Assembly: GCA_905478165.1 (NCBI GenBank)
Contig: CAJQHK010000004.1
Location: forward strand, 27,557-91,556
DNA from: an uncultured Rickettsiales bacterium
GTDB lineage: Bacteria; Pseudomonadota; Alphaproteobacteria; Rickettsiales; UBA1997
Reading direction: 5' to 3'
DNA: 64,000 bases
In this document: piece after piece, positions 1 through 9,816 of the stretch
How positions within the stretch are numbered: position 1 is the first letter of the stretch
Layout of the letters: each line of letters opens with the position of its first letter
Made by a program: the position numbers and the translations under genes
Notes under the pieces: generated by a model
What the model was told of the DNA's origin: nothing
The model's input: only the letters and a program-made list of their open reading frames with translations
The model's database searches: none

Positions 1-1
1 A

Positions 2-1006
2 CCAGATAATCATCCAGAAATTAAAAATAAAACAGGAGTTCTAGTTCTCAACCTAGGAACGCCAGATGGTTATGGTTATTTTGCGGTTAGAAAATATCTA
101 AAAGAATTTTTGTCCGATAGAAGAGTTATTGAGGTAAATCCAATTCTATGGAAATTTATTCTTAATTTCTTTATTTTACCACTACGACCCTTTGCGACTG
201 GAAAAAAATATCAACAAATCTGGATGAAGGATGTTGACGAGTCTCCTTTAAAATTTTATACAAAATCTCAAGCTAAAAAGCTGCAGAATCTAGTTACCAA
301 AAAACATCCAAATTTGATTGTTGAATATGCAATGCGTTACGGTAATCCATCTATTGAATCGAAGATTGATGATTTGATTAAAAAGGGCTGTAAAAAAATA
401 ATATTCATTCCTCTCTACCCCCAATATTGTTCTGCTACAACAGCAACTATATGCGATGAAATATATAGAGTTTTAAAGAAAACTAGATGGCAACCAGAAA
501 TTAGAATTGCAGGCCAATACCCTGATAATAAAATTTACATTAAATCTTTGGTAAGTAGCGTTAAAAATCATATTAAAACTTTAGATTTTAAGCCTGATGC
601 AATCTTATCTTCTTATCATGGAATCCCAAAAATATATTTTGAGAAAGGTGACCCTTATTCATGTTATTGTCATAAAACAAATCGCTTATTTAATGAAGAG
701 TTAGCAAGGCAAGAAATAAAAATAGAGAATCACATTAGTTTTCAATCTAGATTTGGGCCTAAAGAATGGTTAAAGCCATATACAGCTGACGTTTTAAAAG
801 AATTAGTAGATAAGGGAGTAAAAAATTTAATTGTCATAACCCCAGGCTTTGCTTCTGATTGCATAGAAACTTTAGAAGAGGTTGACATGGAATATAGAGA
901 TTTATTTTTAGAGCTTGGAGGGAAGAATTTTTCACTTATTCCTTGTTTAAATGATAGTGATAACGGAATAAAACTAATTAATGATTTATTGAAAAATAAC
1001 CTTTAG
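2..1006 (+). CDS. hemH: Ferrochelatase, 5' end cut by window edge
   Basis: Frame 2 is open from nt 2 (PDNHPEIKNKTGVLVLNLGTPDGYGYFAVRKYLKEFLSDRRVIE) and runs into the 110..1006 ORF. Ferrochelatase motifs LNLGTPD, YLxEFLSDxRVI, LYPQY and SYHGIP are present. The listed TTG at 110 is internal. Confidence 0.9.
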   Translation, partial: PDNHPEIKNKTGVLVLNLGTPDGYGYFAVRKYLKEFLSDRRVIEVNPILWKFILNFFILPLRPFATGKKYQQIWMKDVDESPLKFYTKSQAKKLQNLVTKKHPNLIVEYAMRYGNPSIESKIDDLIKKGCKKIIFIPLYPQYCSATTATICDEIYRVLKKTRWQPEIRIAGQYPDNKIYIKSLVSSVKNHIKTLDFKPDAILSSYHGIPKIYFEKGDPYSCYCHKTNRLFNEELARQEIKIENHISFQSRFGPKEWLKPYTADVLKELVDKGVKNLIVITPGFASDCIETLEEVDMEYRDLFLELGGKNFSLIPCLNDSDNGIKLINDLLKNNL

Positions 1007-1217
1007 CAAGATTAATGTTTATATAATGTTATATCAATATCTTTAAGTCTATTACAATAAGAGACTGTCCCAAATCAAACTCACAAACCCATTAATTCTT
1101 TAACCTTTTTACTTACCTAAAACAAAAATCGAGTTAGTATTCATCTAGCTTAATGGCTGTTTTATCCTCACTTTTTTGCAAATATTAAGAATTTCAGTCA
1201 CGTCCTCTCAAGTAGAA

Positions 1218-1939
1218 ATGATTTGTTTAGAAGAATTAGTATCAACTGATCACATTTACAGGAAATTCAAATAATTATGGTATTTCTCCAATATCAAGAA
1301 TGAGGTAGAAAAAATAGAAATATACTCAGATCATGAAGGGTTTGGCACTTTTAGATTATTCTTACGTCTTCTAATTAAGTTCACAGAAGATTTAAGTGAC
1401 AGAGAGTTGGAAAGATATTTAGCTGACACTAATTTGGCTAAATGGTTCTGTAAATTCGGATTGGTAGAAAAAACTCCAAATCATAGAGTCTTTACTAATG
1501 CCAGAAAAAGAATAGGAACCAAGAGGTTATCAACAATATTCAACATCCTAAAAAATCAATTAAAAACAAAAGGCTACATGAATGAGGTGTTTACCTTCAT
1601 AGATGCTTCTCACTTAATAATAAAAGCTACCCTTTAAAAAGAGAGAGATAGAGCGATTAAAGAAAAATACAAAAACTTAATAACGAAATCCTTCCAAAGT
1701 TTACTAAAGACAAGCAAGCTAATTTTGGCTGCAAGGGAGGTAATAAATTCTGGTACGGATTCAAGAAGCACACCTCCTTCGATATGCAATCAGGAATGAT
1801 AAATAAAGTAGCAATCACACAAGCAAGTACCATAGATTCAAAAGGAATGAAACATGTTACCCCAGAATCTGGAGCTGTTTACGCAGATAAAGGCTATTGC
1901 GACAAAACGCTAAAGCTGCAACTGCAAAAAATAGCCTAA
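1218..1939 (+). pseudogene. Decayed IS5/IS1182-like DDE transposase (frameshifted, stop-interrupted)
   Basis: Three pieces in different frames read as one transposase. Piece 1 is 1218-1274 (MICLEELVSTDHIYRKFK*, an N-terminal L..L.P.DH..R-type motif). Piece 2 is 1407-1637 (DRELERYLADTNLAKWFCKFGL...ARKRIG, DUF772-like). Piece 3 is 1745-1939 (KFWYGFKKHTSFDMQSGMINKVAITQASTIDSKGM...AVYADKGYCD, DDE core with the ADKGY motif). No intact ORF spans them. Confidence 0.6.
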
Positions 1940-2274
1940 ACAAGGGATAGTTGCGACCAAATCGTAAGAAAAACAGCAAAAACCACAAATATTTATAAAA
2001 ATACAGCGAATTTCTAGCAAAATTCACTGCAATTATGATAAATTAATATTTTTTAAGAAAATTTTAAGAAAAAGATAGATTTGAGGCGGGCCCGTATTAA
2101 GTTTTTTAGGAAGCATCCTGTGAATCATAGAATTTATCTTTACGGCTTTAGTCCTATTATCAGGTAAAAATATTTTACTATAATGTAGCCTCTTATCTAC
2201 AATATAGTATTATGGATAATGTTTTAATATTAAATTGATTTTATAAACTTAGTAATTATAATTGAAATCCTTTC

Positions 2275-2360
2275 GGAGGGATGGCCGAGTGGTCAATGGC
2301 AGCAGACTGTAAATCTGCCCGCGTATGCGTACGTAGGTTCAAATCCTACTCCCTCCACCA
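2275..2360 (+). tRNA. tRNA-Tyr (anticodon GTA), class II long variable arm, CCA encoded
   Basis: GGAGGGA acceptor stem pairs with TCCCTCC. Anticodon arm is GCAGA-CTGTAAA-TCTGC and T arm is GTAGG-TTCAAAT-CCTAC. The 3' end is ACCA. Confidence 0.92.
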
Positions 2361-2436
2361 TATTAGAATTTAGGTTCTGATGTTTTGCTTATTTCCTTAA
2401 ACGGAAATTTACAAATTTTATGACCAAATTAAATAA

Positions 2437-2479
2437 GGACAGGTGGCTGAGTGTATGAGCGCAGCAATCTTTCTAACTG
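2437..2479 (+). pseudogene. tRNA-Ser 5'-half pseudogene (diverged duplicate of acceptor, D and anticodon arms)
   Basis: GGACAGGTGGCTGAGTG is identical to the start of the intact tRNA-Ser 110 nt downstream. The copy then diverges (TATGAGCGCAGCAATCTTTCTAACTG versus GTCGAAAGCAGCAGTCTTGAAAACTG). It has no T arm and no 3' acceptor strand. Confidence 0.6.
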
Positions 2480-2546
2480 AAAATATAATTTCTTAGCAGT
2501 TTTCAAGTTTCTGAAATTGTTAAAATTTTATGACCAAATTAAATAA

Positions 2547-2636
2547 GGACAGGTGGCTGAGTGGTCGAAAGCAGCAGTCTTGAAAACTGCCGAGCGTGTA
2601 AGCGTTCCGTGGGTTCGAATCCCACCTTGTCCGCCA
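2547..2636 (+). tRNA. tRNA-Ser (anticodon TGA), CCA encoded
   Basis: GGACAGG acceptor stem pairs with CCTGTCC. Anticodon arm is GCAGT-CTTGAAA-ACTGC, there is a long variable arm, and the T arm is GTGGG-TTCGAAT-CCCAC. The 3' end is GCCA. Confidence 0.92.
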
Positions 2637-2774
2637 GTTTAACTGGTTCTAACTCAATCTCCACTCAGATTTTTAATATTTTATCTAGCCTCGCAAGTCA
2701 AGCTCTAGATTCTAATGGAACAAAGTCATATAATTTTTTCAAAAGATAAAAATACTACTAAACTAACAATAAAG

Positions 2775-2891
2775 AAATTACAGAAAATTGAGAATTTACT
2801 CAGCAATATGTCAAGAAAAATATTAGGATGTAAAACTCTTAATCAAGTCTGGAATGAGAAGCTAAAATTAGCATCAAATTCTTTGATTTAA
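2775..2891 (+). pseudogene. C-terminal remnant of an IS30-like transposase
   Basis: The 39-codon frame KLQKIENLLSNMSRKILGCKTLNQVWNEKLKLASNSLI* resembles the IS30-family C-terminal motif (L.NRPRK.LG.KTP.EVF). Stops lie immediately upstream and no catalytic core is present. Confidence 0.4.
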
Positions 2892-2981
2892 AATTATATG
2901 TTTTGTTATATTTTAGTACTTGAGTTTAGCTTATCAAAAAGCCTCATAATATTCCGCAAAATGTTCTTATAAATCAACTCT

Positions 2982-5438
2982 CTATGCCTTTTTTAGACTT
3001 AAACCTTGCCATATTTTTTCAGTAGTAAATGGCAATAAGGGCGCTGAAATCTCACAAATTGTTAAAATAATTGTGCACAACACATTGTAAGCATCCTTCT
3101 TATCTTGATCCATCTGCTTTTTCCAAAATCTTTCACGTGACCTCCTGATATACCAATTATTTAAAACCTCAAAAAATTTGTTAAACTCACTACAAGCCGT
3201 AACTGAGTCGTAATTATCAAGAGAATTTTCAATTTTAGTGCAACAATCCTTAAGTTTACTAAGAATGTAATTATCCATAACATTGGTTATTTGATAAGTA
3301 TCGTCAATTCTTTTAGCCTTAATTCCGTCAGAATTTGCATAGAGACAGAAAAAATTGTAAGAATTAAGTAGCGGCTTAATAGAGACCCTTGATGTTTCAA
3401 TAATTTCTTTACCATCCTTAGACATCTTTAATTCTTGACCCTTCATCACTGCTGTTGAAAGAAGGTAAAACCTCATTGCATCTGACCCAATTTTATCAAA
3501 AATTTTAATTGGATCTGGGTAATTTTGAAGTCTTTTAGATAATTTTTGTGACTTTTCATCCAAAATTGTGCCATGGCAAATTACATTTTTAAATGGTGCT
3601 CTGTCAAAAAGCGCAACCGACATGACGGTTAATGTATAGAACCAGCCACGAGTTTGAGCAATATATTCTGTTATAAAATCAGCAGGAAAGTTTTTTTCAA
3701 ACCAATCTTTATTTTCAAAAGGATAATGTTTTTGTGCAAATGGCATAGATCCTGATTCAAACCAACAATCCAAAACGTCACTAACTCTAGTATAAATTTC
3801 ACCATCCTCTTCAAATGTAATTTGATCAATAAATGGTCGGTGTAAATTATCAACTTTTTGCCCTGACGCCCTTTCAATTTCAGCAACTGATCCAAAAACT
3901 TTTATTTTACCAGACTTACTCTTCCAAACAGGAACTGGACATCCCCAGAAGCGATTTCTTGTAATCGACCAATCTCTTGCACCTTCCAACCATTTTCCAA
4001 ATTGACCCTCCTTAATATGCTCTGGAATCCAATTGATCTGCTTATTAGCTTCAATCATCCTGTCCTTTATGTCAGTAACTTTTACATACCAAGAGGAAAC
4101 AGCTTTGTAAATAAGAGGGGTGTCCGTTCTCCAGCAATGGGGATAATTATGGATATATTGCTCAGTTTTTAGCCAATTATTTGTGTATTTTAGATATTTA
4201 ATAATATCGTCATTACACTCAAAAACTTGCTTATTTTTGATTGAAAGATTTTCTAGATCATAGGTTAGATCTGTGAATTTGCCAGCTTGGTCAACTGGAC
4301 AAATCACTGGAATATCATATTTTTTACATAAAACCTGATCATCTTCACCAAAAGCAGGTGCAATATGGACAATTCCCGTTCCATCTTCCGTAGTTACAAA
4401 ATCTGCATTTAGAATTGTAAAAGAATTTTTGCTATTTTTTATTTTTTTATCATTTATAAAATATTCAAAAAGTGGCTTATATTTCAATCCTATTAGATCA
4501 AAGCCTTTGATTGTAGAAACTTTTGTGGAATCATCAAATTCCTTATATTTTTCTTTTAAATTAGAGGAGATGATAATAAATTCATCATCATTTTTAATGA
4601 TGTCATAACTGATATCCTTACCGATTGCAAGTGCCAGATTTGAAGGCAAAGTCCAGGGAGTTGTTGTCCAGACAGCTAATTTTAATTTAGAGCTCTTTAC
4701 TATAAAATCCTTACCAAAGCAATCAAAAATTGCCTTGAGACCTCCTTGAGAAGAATTATCTTCAGCATCAAGATCGATCTCAAATAAAATAGTAGCAGAT
4801 TTACTGGTTTTTTTACGATATGCATTATCCATTTTAGTTTCAAAATTTGAAACTGGAGTTTCGCATTTCCAACTGTAAGGCATAACTCGATAATCTTCAT
4901 AAAGTAAGCCCTTATCATAAAGCTGTTTAAAGGCCCAAATAACGGACTCCATATAATTAAGATCCATAGTTTTGTAACCATTTTCAAAATCAACCCACCT
5001 GCCCTGCTTATGAACATAATCTTTCCACTCAGCAGCATATTTCATTACTGATTTTTTGCATGCATCGTTGAATTTTCCTATTCCATATTCCTTTATTGCA
5101 ATTTGACCAGAAACGCCTAGCTCTTTTTCAGTTTGCATCTCAACTGGTAATCCGTGCGTATCCCAACCAAACTTTCTTTCAACTTTCCTGCCTTTCATAG
5201 TTTGAAATCTAGCAAAAGAATCCTTGATAAATCCTGTCAATAGATGTCCGTAATGTGGAAGACCGTTGGCGAATGGAGGGCCATCATAAAAGACAAAGTC
5301 AGAAGATTCCGAGCTATTATTATTGTTAACAGATTGCTCAAAAATTTTATTATCCTGCCAAAAGGAGGAGATCTCTTTTTCCATCTTGGCAAAGTTAAAA
5401 TTCTGATCTGGATCTTGATAATATTTTTCTTTGGTCAT
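2982..5438 (-). CDS. ileS: Isoleucine--tRNA ligase, type 2 (eukaryote-like); unusually short at 818 aa, C-terminal domain apparently missing
   Basis: Motifs seen are PPFANGLPHYGHLLTG (HIGH), GWDTHGLPVE, WTTTPWTLPSN (editing domain) and KLSKRLQNYPDP (KMSKS). The anticodon-binding helices end at APLLPFTTEKIWQGLSLKKA*. Confidence 0.88.
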   Translation of the reverse strand: MTKEKYYQDPDQNFNFAKMEKEISSFWQDNKIFEQSVNNNNSSESSDFVFYDGPPFANGLPHYGHLLTGFIKDSFARFQTMKGRKVERKFGWDTHGLPVEMQTEKELGVSGQIAIKEYGIGKFNDACKKSVMKYAAEWKDYVHKQGRWVDFENGYKTMDLNYMESVIWAFKQLYDKGLLYEDYRVMPYSWKCETPVSNFETKMDNAYRKKTSKSATILFEIDLDAEDNSSQGGLKAIFDCFGKDFIVKSSKLKLAVWTTTPWTLPSNLALAIGKDISYDIIKNDDEFIIISSNLKEKYKEFDDSTKVSTIKGFDLIGLKYKPLFEYFINDKKIKNSKNSFTILNADFVTTEDGTGIVHIAPAFGEDDQVLCKKYDIPVICPVDQAGKFTDLTYDLENLSIKNKQVFECNDDIIKYLKYTNNWLKTEQYIHNYPHCWRTDTPLIYKAVSSWYVKVTDIKDRMIEANKQINWIPEHIKEGQFGKWLEGARDWSITRNRFWGCPVPVWKSKSGKIKVFGSVAEIERASGQKVDNLHRPFIDQITFEEDGEIYTRVSDVLDCWFESGSMPFAQKHYPFENKDWFEKNFPADFITEYIAQTRGWFYTLTVMSVALFDRAPFKNVICHGTILDEKSQKLSKRLQNYPDPIKIFDKIGSDAMRFYLLSTAVMKGQELKMSKDGKEIIETSRVSIKPLLNSYNFFCLYANSDGIKAKRIDDTYQITNVMDNYILSKLKDCCTKIENSLDNYDSVTACSEFNKFFEVLNNWYIRRSRERFWKKQMDQDKKDAYNVLCTIILTICEISAPLLPFTTEKIWQGLSLKKA

Positions 5439-5539
5439 TTATAAGTTTTTCTTAAATAAAAATCTATTTTGAAGGAAGTGCTCAATAACTCAAGAATTAA
5501 TCCTTAGGCTCCCATCGGAACTTATGAGACTTGTTTTTA

Positions 5540-6997
5540 TTAAGATAATGATTCCTTTAATAATTCATTAACAATTTGTGGATTTGCCTTACCTTTAGTT
5601 TCTTTCATTACTTGACCAACAAAAAAACCAAATAACTTATCTTTTCCTGATTTATATTGCTCCACCTTGTCAGAATTTTGTTCTAAAATTCTAGAAATTT
5701 GCTCTTTAATTTCACCGCTATCAGTCACCTGCTTTAAACCCTTTTCTTCAACAATTCTTTCTGGCTGATCACCAGTTTCAATCATAATGTCAAGAATGTC
5801 TTTAGCAATTTTACCAGAAATCACGCTTTTCTTGATCAAAGTAAGTAAATCAGTCAACTCTTTTGCACCAAACTTTAAGTCAGAAAATTTTAAATTTAAC
5901 TTATTGACACGACCTAAAAGCTCGACATTAATCCAAGTGATCGCGGTTTTAGAGTCGTTATTTTTGATGGCCTCCTCAAAAAACTCTGAAATTACAATGT
6001 CAGAAGTTAGAATTGTAGCGTCATAATCGCTAACAGAAAATTCAGCAATGTATCTCGCCTTTTTAACATCAGGAAGTTCTGGCATAGTTTTTCTAATCTC
6101 CTCAATCATCTCATCAGAAATCACTAAAGGTAGTAAATCAGGATCAGGGAAGTAACGATAATCCATAGCATCCTCCTTTGATCTCATGGTTCTCGTTTCT
6201 CCTGTTAAGGCGTCAAAAAGACGAGTTTCTTGATTAATTTTACCGCCATTTTCTAAAATTTCTACCTGTCTATTTGATTCAAACTCAATTGCCGACATAA
6301 TGTTTCTAGTAGAATTGAGATTTTTAATCTCACACCTTGTTCCAAGCTCTTTCACCCCTTTAATTTTAACCGAAACATTGGCGTCACACCTTAAGTTACC
6401 TTTTTCCATGTCGCCGTCAGAAGAACCAAGAGATCTCACAATGGAACGAATTTTTTTAACATATTCTGCCGCTTCAAAAGGGCTAGACATGTCTGGGTCA
6501 GATACAATTTCCATCAACGGAACACCGGATCGGTTAAGATCAATTAGGCTGCATTTTGGATCTTGATCATGGATTGACTTACCAGCATCTTGCTCAAGAT
6601 GAATTCTTTCGATATTAATAGTTTTCTTTTGCCCGTCTTCCAAAACAATATCAACATGACCGCCAGATACAATTGGATCAAGAAATTGTGAAATTTGATA
6701 ACCTTGTGGTAAATCAGCATAAAAATAATTTTTACGATCAAAAATAGATTTTTTATTAATCTTAGCGTTAATACCTAAGCCTGTTTTAATAGCTAATCTT
6801 ACAGCCTCTTTATTTATAGTTGGAAGCATTCCAGGCATAGCAGCGTCAACAAAGGAAGTTTGACTGTTTTGCGGGGCCCCAAATTTAGTAGAACTTCTTG
6901 AAAATAACTTTGATTTAGTTGCAGTTTGAGCATGAATCTCACAACCAATTACCACTTCATATTGATTTTTTTTACCTGTAATTAAATATTCCGTCAT
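5540..6997 (-). CDS. gatB: Asp/Glu-tRNA(Asn/Gln) amidotransferase subunit B
   Basis: Full-length GatB pattern: [37 protein letters not shown], and a C-terminal GatB/YqeY tail ending [14 protein letters not shown]. Confidence 0.93.
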   Translation of the reverse strand: MTEYLITGKKNQYEVVIGCEIHAQTATKSKLFSRSSTKFGAPQNSQTSFVDAAMPGMLPTINKEAVRLAIKTGLGINAKINKKSIFDRKNYFYADLPQGYQISQFLDPIVSGGHVDIVLEDGQKKTINIERIHLEQDAGKSIHDQDPKCSLIDLNRSGVPLMEIVSDPDMSSPFEAAEYVKKIRSIVRSLGSSDGDMEKGNLRCDANVSVKIKGVKELGTRCEIKNLNSTRNIMSAIEFESNRQVEILENGGKINQETRLFDALTGETRTMRSKEDAMDYRYFPDPDLLPLVISDEMIEEIRKTMPELPDVKKARYIAEFSVSDYDATILTSDIVISEFFEEAIKNNDSKTAITWINVELLGRVNKLNLKFSDLKFGAKELTDLLTLIKKSVISGKIAKDILDIMIETGDQPERIVEEKGLKQVTDSGEIKEQISRILEQNSDKVEQYKSGKDKLFGFFVGQVMKETKGKANPQIVNELLKESLS

Positions 6998-7072
6998 ATT
7001 ATATTTGTTTTTTTAGATTTTTATTATCTTATGAAATAAAAAGTAAGTTTTAAAGAAAATTTTTATAAGCCT

Positions 7073-8122
7073 CTAATATCTTCCTCCCAAAATCTCTAAA
7101 CCTTCCCTCTCATCTATATCAAACGCTATGTTCATATTTTGCACTGCCTGACCAGAAGCTCCTTTAATTAAATTATCAATTACTGACACAATAATTACCC
7201 TATTTTTAGAGCGAGCTTTTTTAACTGCAATTTTGCAAAGATTTGTACCAGAAACCTCCTTAATTGATGGAATATGATTAGAGATTTTAACAAAATATTC
7301 ATCTTCATATTTAGTTTGTAAGCAATTTATCAAATCTTTCTCAGAAATACCCTCAGCTAGATCAGCATAAATAGTAGATAAAATACCACGATTAACAGGA
7401 ATTAAATGTGGTGTAAAATCAATTTTTATATTACTTTTGGCAACAAAATTAATTTCCTGCTCAATTTCCACAGTATGACGATGACTTGCTAATGAGTAAG
7501 CTAAAATATTATCATTGGTTTCGCAAAATAAATTACCAATTTTTAAAGAACGACCTGCGCCAGTAACTCCGGACTTTGAGTCAGAAATAATATTATTTGG
7601 ACTAATTAAGTGATTATTTAAAAGTGGCAATAATGGCAACAAAACTGAAGTTGGATAACATCCAGGACAAGAAATAAGTCGAGCCTTTTTAATTCCTTCT
7701 CGATTCATCTCAGGTAAAGCATAGACCGCTTCCTTTTGAAGATTTATTGCCTGATGCTCTCCATACCATTCCCTATAATCCTCTGTACTTTTTAAACGAA
7801 AATCAGCGGCTAGATCAATTATTTTTAGAGTTTTTTTGCAATTTGTAGATAAAATATCAGAAATAATTTTTTGACTATGATTGTGAGGAAGGCAAGAAAA
7901 AATAACATCCACATCAGAAAAATCTGCCTCATTAATTTTAATTAATTTTGGTAAATCAAGGATATCTAAGTGTGGATAAATTTCAAAAAGGTGTTTACCT
8001 GCGTTAGATTCAGCAATTAAAATTTTAATATCAGCAAATTGATGATTTTGTAAAATCTTAATTAATTCCACACCAGTGTAACCTGATGCACCAATAATCG
8101 CTATTTTTAGATTATCTTTCAT
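7073..8122 (-). CDS. argC: N-acetyl-gamma-glutamyl-phosphate reductase
   Basis: N-terminal Rossmann motif IAIIGASGYTGVELIKIL, the active-site ISCPGCYPTS motif, and a C-terminal DNLIKGASGQAVQNMN. Confidence 0.88.
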   Translation of the reverse strand: MKDNLKIAIIGASGYTGVELIKILQNHQFADIKILIAESNAGKHLFEIYPHLDILDLPKLIKINEADFSDVDVIFSCLPHNHSQKIISDILSTNCKKTLKIIDLAADFRLKSTEDYREWYGEHQAINLQKEAVYALPEMNREGIKKARLISCPGCYPTSVLLPLLPLLNNHLISPNNIISDSKSGVTGAGRSLKIGNLFCETNDNILAYSLASHRHTVEIEQEINFVAKSNIKIDFTPHLIPVNRGILSTIYADLAEGISEKDLINCLQTKYEDEYFVKISNHIPSIKEVSGTNLCKIAVKKARSKNRVIIVSVIDNLIKGASGQAVQNMNIAFDIDEREGLEILGGRY

Positions 8123-8123
8123 T

Positions 8124-8678
8124 TTATTTAATTTTCATTTTTCGAAATTCTTTTGGGGCTAAAAACCTTCCCTGCCATAAGCCAATTTTATTATTTCTTG
8201 CTTGTTTTTCAAGATATTTTACTTCATCGCTTGCTTGATGAATATTGTAAATAATTGCCATACCATTCCTAACCATTTCGTAATTAATATTTTTATTACC
8301 GTCAAAACAAGTAGCTAAATAACGATTATAGATATCTTTTTTTCTGTATTTACAAGTTAGCTTAACATTTTTAACTAACTTCCTAAGGAATTTTGTTGAA
8401 ACCTCTCCGCAATCATACTGTTTTTTATTTTTATTGAAGCAGGTTTGCTTATATTCTGGCGCGTCAATTTCTAACAACCTCACCTCCTCACCATTTTTCA
8501 TTCTTAATGAATCGCCATCAATTACTTTAAAAACAGCAATAATTTCACGCCTATTATCTTCTAATATTTGATAATTTTTACTTTTTTCTACCTCTTGATT
8601 AGAAATGTCAACAACCCAAAGAATTATTAAAATTGCTATCAATGTAAGTAATAAATATTGAAGATATTTTTTATTCAT
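8124..8678 (-). CDS. Membrane-anchored thermonuclease (staphylococcal nuclease, SNase-like) family protein
   Basis: An N-terminal hydrophobic anchor is followed by VIDGDSLRM...VRLLEIDAPE...NRYLATCF...NYEMVRNGMA...EKQARNNKIGLW, the SNase fold signature. Confidence 0.75.
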   Translation of the reverse strand: MNKKYLQYLLLTLIAILIILWVVDISNQEVEKSKNYQILEDNRREIIAVFKVIDGDSLRMKNGEEVRLLEIDAPEYKQTCFNKNKKQYDCGEVSTKFLRKLVKNVKLTCKYRKKDIYNRYLATCFDGNKNINYEMVRNGMAIIYNIHQASDEVKYLEKQARNNKIGLWQGRFLAPKEFRKMKIK

Positions 8679-9816
8679 AGCTCTTTTTAAAATATAATTC
8701 TACACCCCTAGCTATCGCTTTTGATATCTTTCTTTTATAAACGTTGCTTTTCATCCTCCTCTCTTCTGCCTTATTTGTTAAATAACCAATCTCAATTAAA
8801 ACCGAAGCCATATCAGGAGCGGTCAAAACCTTAAAACCGGCAAAACGATGAGTATTTTGTAAAATATGAACTCCTCGACTTTTCATGACTTTAATTAATT
8901 CCTGAGCAAAAATAGAGGAACTGTTCATAGTATGCCTCTGCGCTAAATCAATTAAAATATCTAAAATATCACCACTAGCAGATTTTAAATTTATACCACC
9001 AATAATATCAGCCTTATTTTCCTTTTGAGCTAATTTTTCAGCCTCCTTGTCAGAGGATTTATTAGATAAGGTGTAAATTGAAAAACCCTTTGTGTCTTTT
9101 TTTTTTGAAGCATTAGCATGAAGTGATATAAATAAATCAGCATCCTTTTTACGAGCAATACCAACCCTCTTAGCCAAAGGAATAAATTTATCAGAAGACC
9201 TAGTTAGGTAAACCTTATATTTCTTTTGCGAATCTAAATATTTTTTTAAATCCAAGGCGTAGGCTAAGGTAATGTCCTTCTCCTCGACTCTTGTCCCACC
9301 AATAGCGCCAGGATCTTTTCCGCCATGACCAGCATCAATAACTATAACTGGCTTTGTTTTTGTTGCCTCCGACTTACCTGACTCATTAATAATTTTAATA
9401 ACTGTCCTGTAATATTTATCAGACATAGAAAGTTGAATCTGTTCTGAAACTGTATGAAAAATTCTAATTTTTTTCTTAGCATCGAAAACGAAACGAGAGC
9501 TTAATTTAGACTCTGAAGATCTAAAGCTAGTAAAAAATTTACTTTTACCTAATTTAAAATTGCTATAATTCTTGCTGTCATTAAAATCCATGACTAACCT
9601 TTCCGGGCCAGAGATAGAAAAACTTTTAAAGTCAGGTTTTTTCTTACTATAAATAATAATATTTACTGATTTTTTACCCTCTAAAAGGACAATAGAAGTA
9701 ATTTGATTACTCGCAAAAGAAGAGAAGCTGCAAAGAAAAGCTAAAAATATAAAAAATCTAATAAATTTTTGAAAAATAATGTTCATTAAAATTTTAGCAA
9801 TTGGCAAAATTAACAA
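8671..9816 (-). CDS. N-acetylmuramoyl-L-alanine amidase (AmiC-like, Amidase_3, with N-terminal AMIN-like region)
   Basis: Motifs are VIVIDAGHGGKDPGAIG, EKDITLAYALDLKKYL, ADLFISLHANA and GFKVLTAPDMASVLIEIGYLTN. A signal-peptide-like segment starts at the internal Met (MNIIFQKF..., nt 9786), which is a plausible true start. Confidence 0.85.
   Translation of the reverse strand: MLILPIAKILMNIIFQKFIRFFIFLAFLCSFSSFASNQITSIVLLEGKKSVNIIIYSKKKPDFKSFSISGPERLVMDFNDSKNYSNFKLGKSKFFTSFRSSESKLSSRFVFDAKKKIRIFHTVSEQIQLSMSDKYYRTVIKIINESGKSEATKTKPVIVIDAGHGGKDPGAIGGTRVEEKDITLAYALDLKKYLDSQKKYKVYLTRSSDKFIPLAKRVGIARKKDADLFISLHANASKKKDTKGFSIYTLSNKSSDKEAEKLAQKENKADIIGGINLKSASGDILDILIDLAQRHTMNSSSIFAQELIKVMKSRGVHILQNTHRFAGFKVLTAPDMASVLIEIGYLTNKAEERRMKSNVYKRKISKAIARGVELYFKKSYE

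Noticed and set aside
1407-1637. 76-aa ORF as an independent gene
   Set aside because: It is the middle fragment of the frameshifted IS5/IS1182-like transposase, not a stand-alone gene.
2561-2749. 62-aa ORF called in the track
   Set aside because: It starts inside the tRNA-Ser gene (2547-2636) and reads through it, so it is an artefact of the ORF finder.
3671-6741. Track ORFs embedded within ileS and gatB, some antisense and some same-strand in an alternative frame (3671..3895, 4700..5038, 5244..5444, 5787..6026, 6300..6566, 6544..6741)
   Set aside because: They lie entirely within strongly supported genes, on either strand. They have low-complexity, stop-poor AT-rich shadow-frame composition and no recognisable motifs.
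9097-9106. T10 homopolymer (A10 on the coding strand, codons SKKKD) inside the AmiC-like amidase as a possible slippage or phase-variation site; similar A8-A9 runs occur in rlmH (about 10112-10120) and the kinase gene (about 42033-42041)
   Set aside because: All frames are intact. Poly(A) runs encoding Lys are expected at this base composition, and there is no evidence of length variation from a single sequence.
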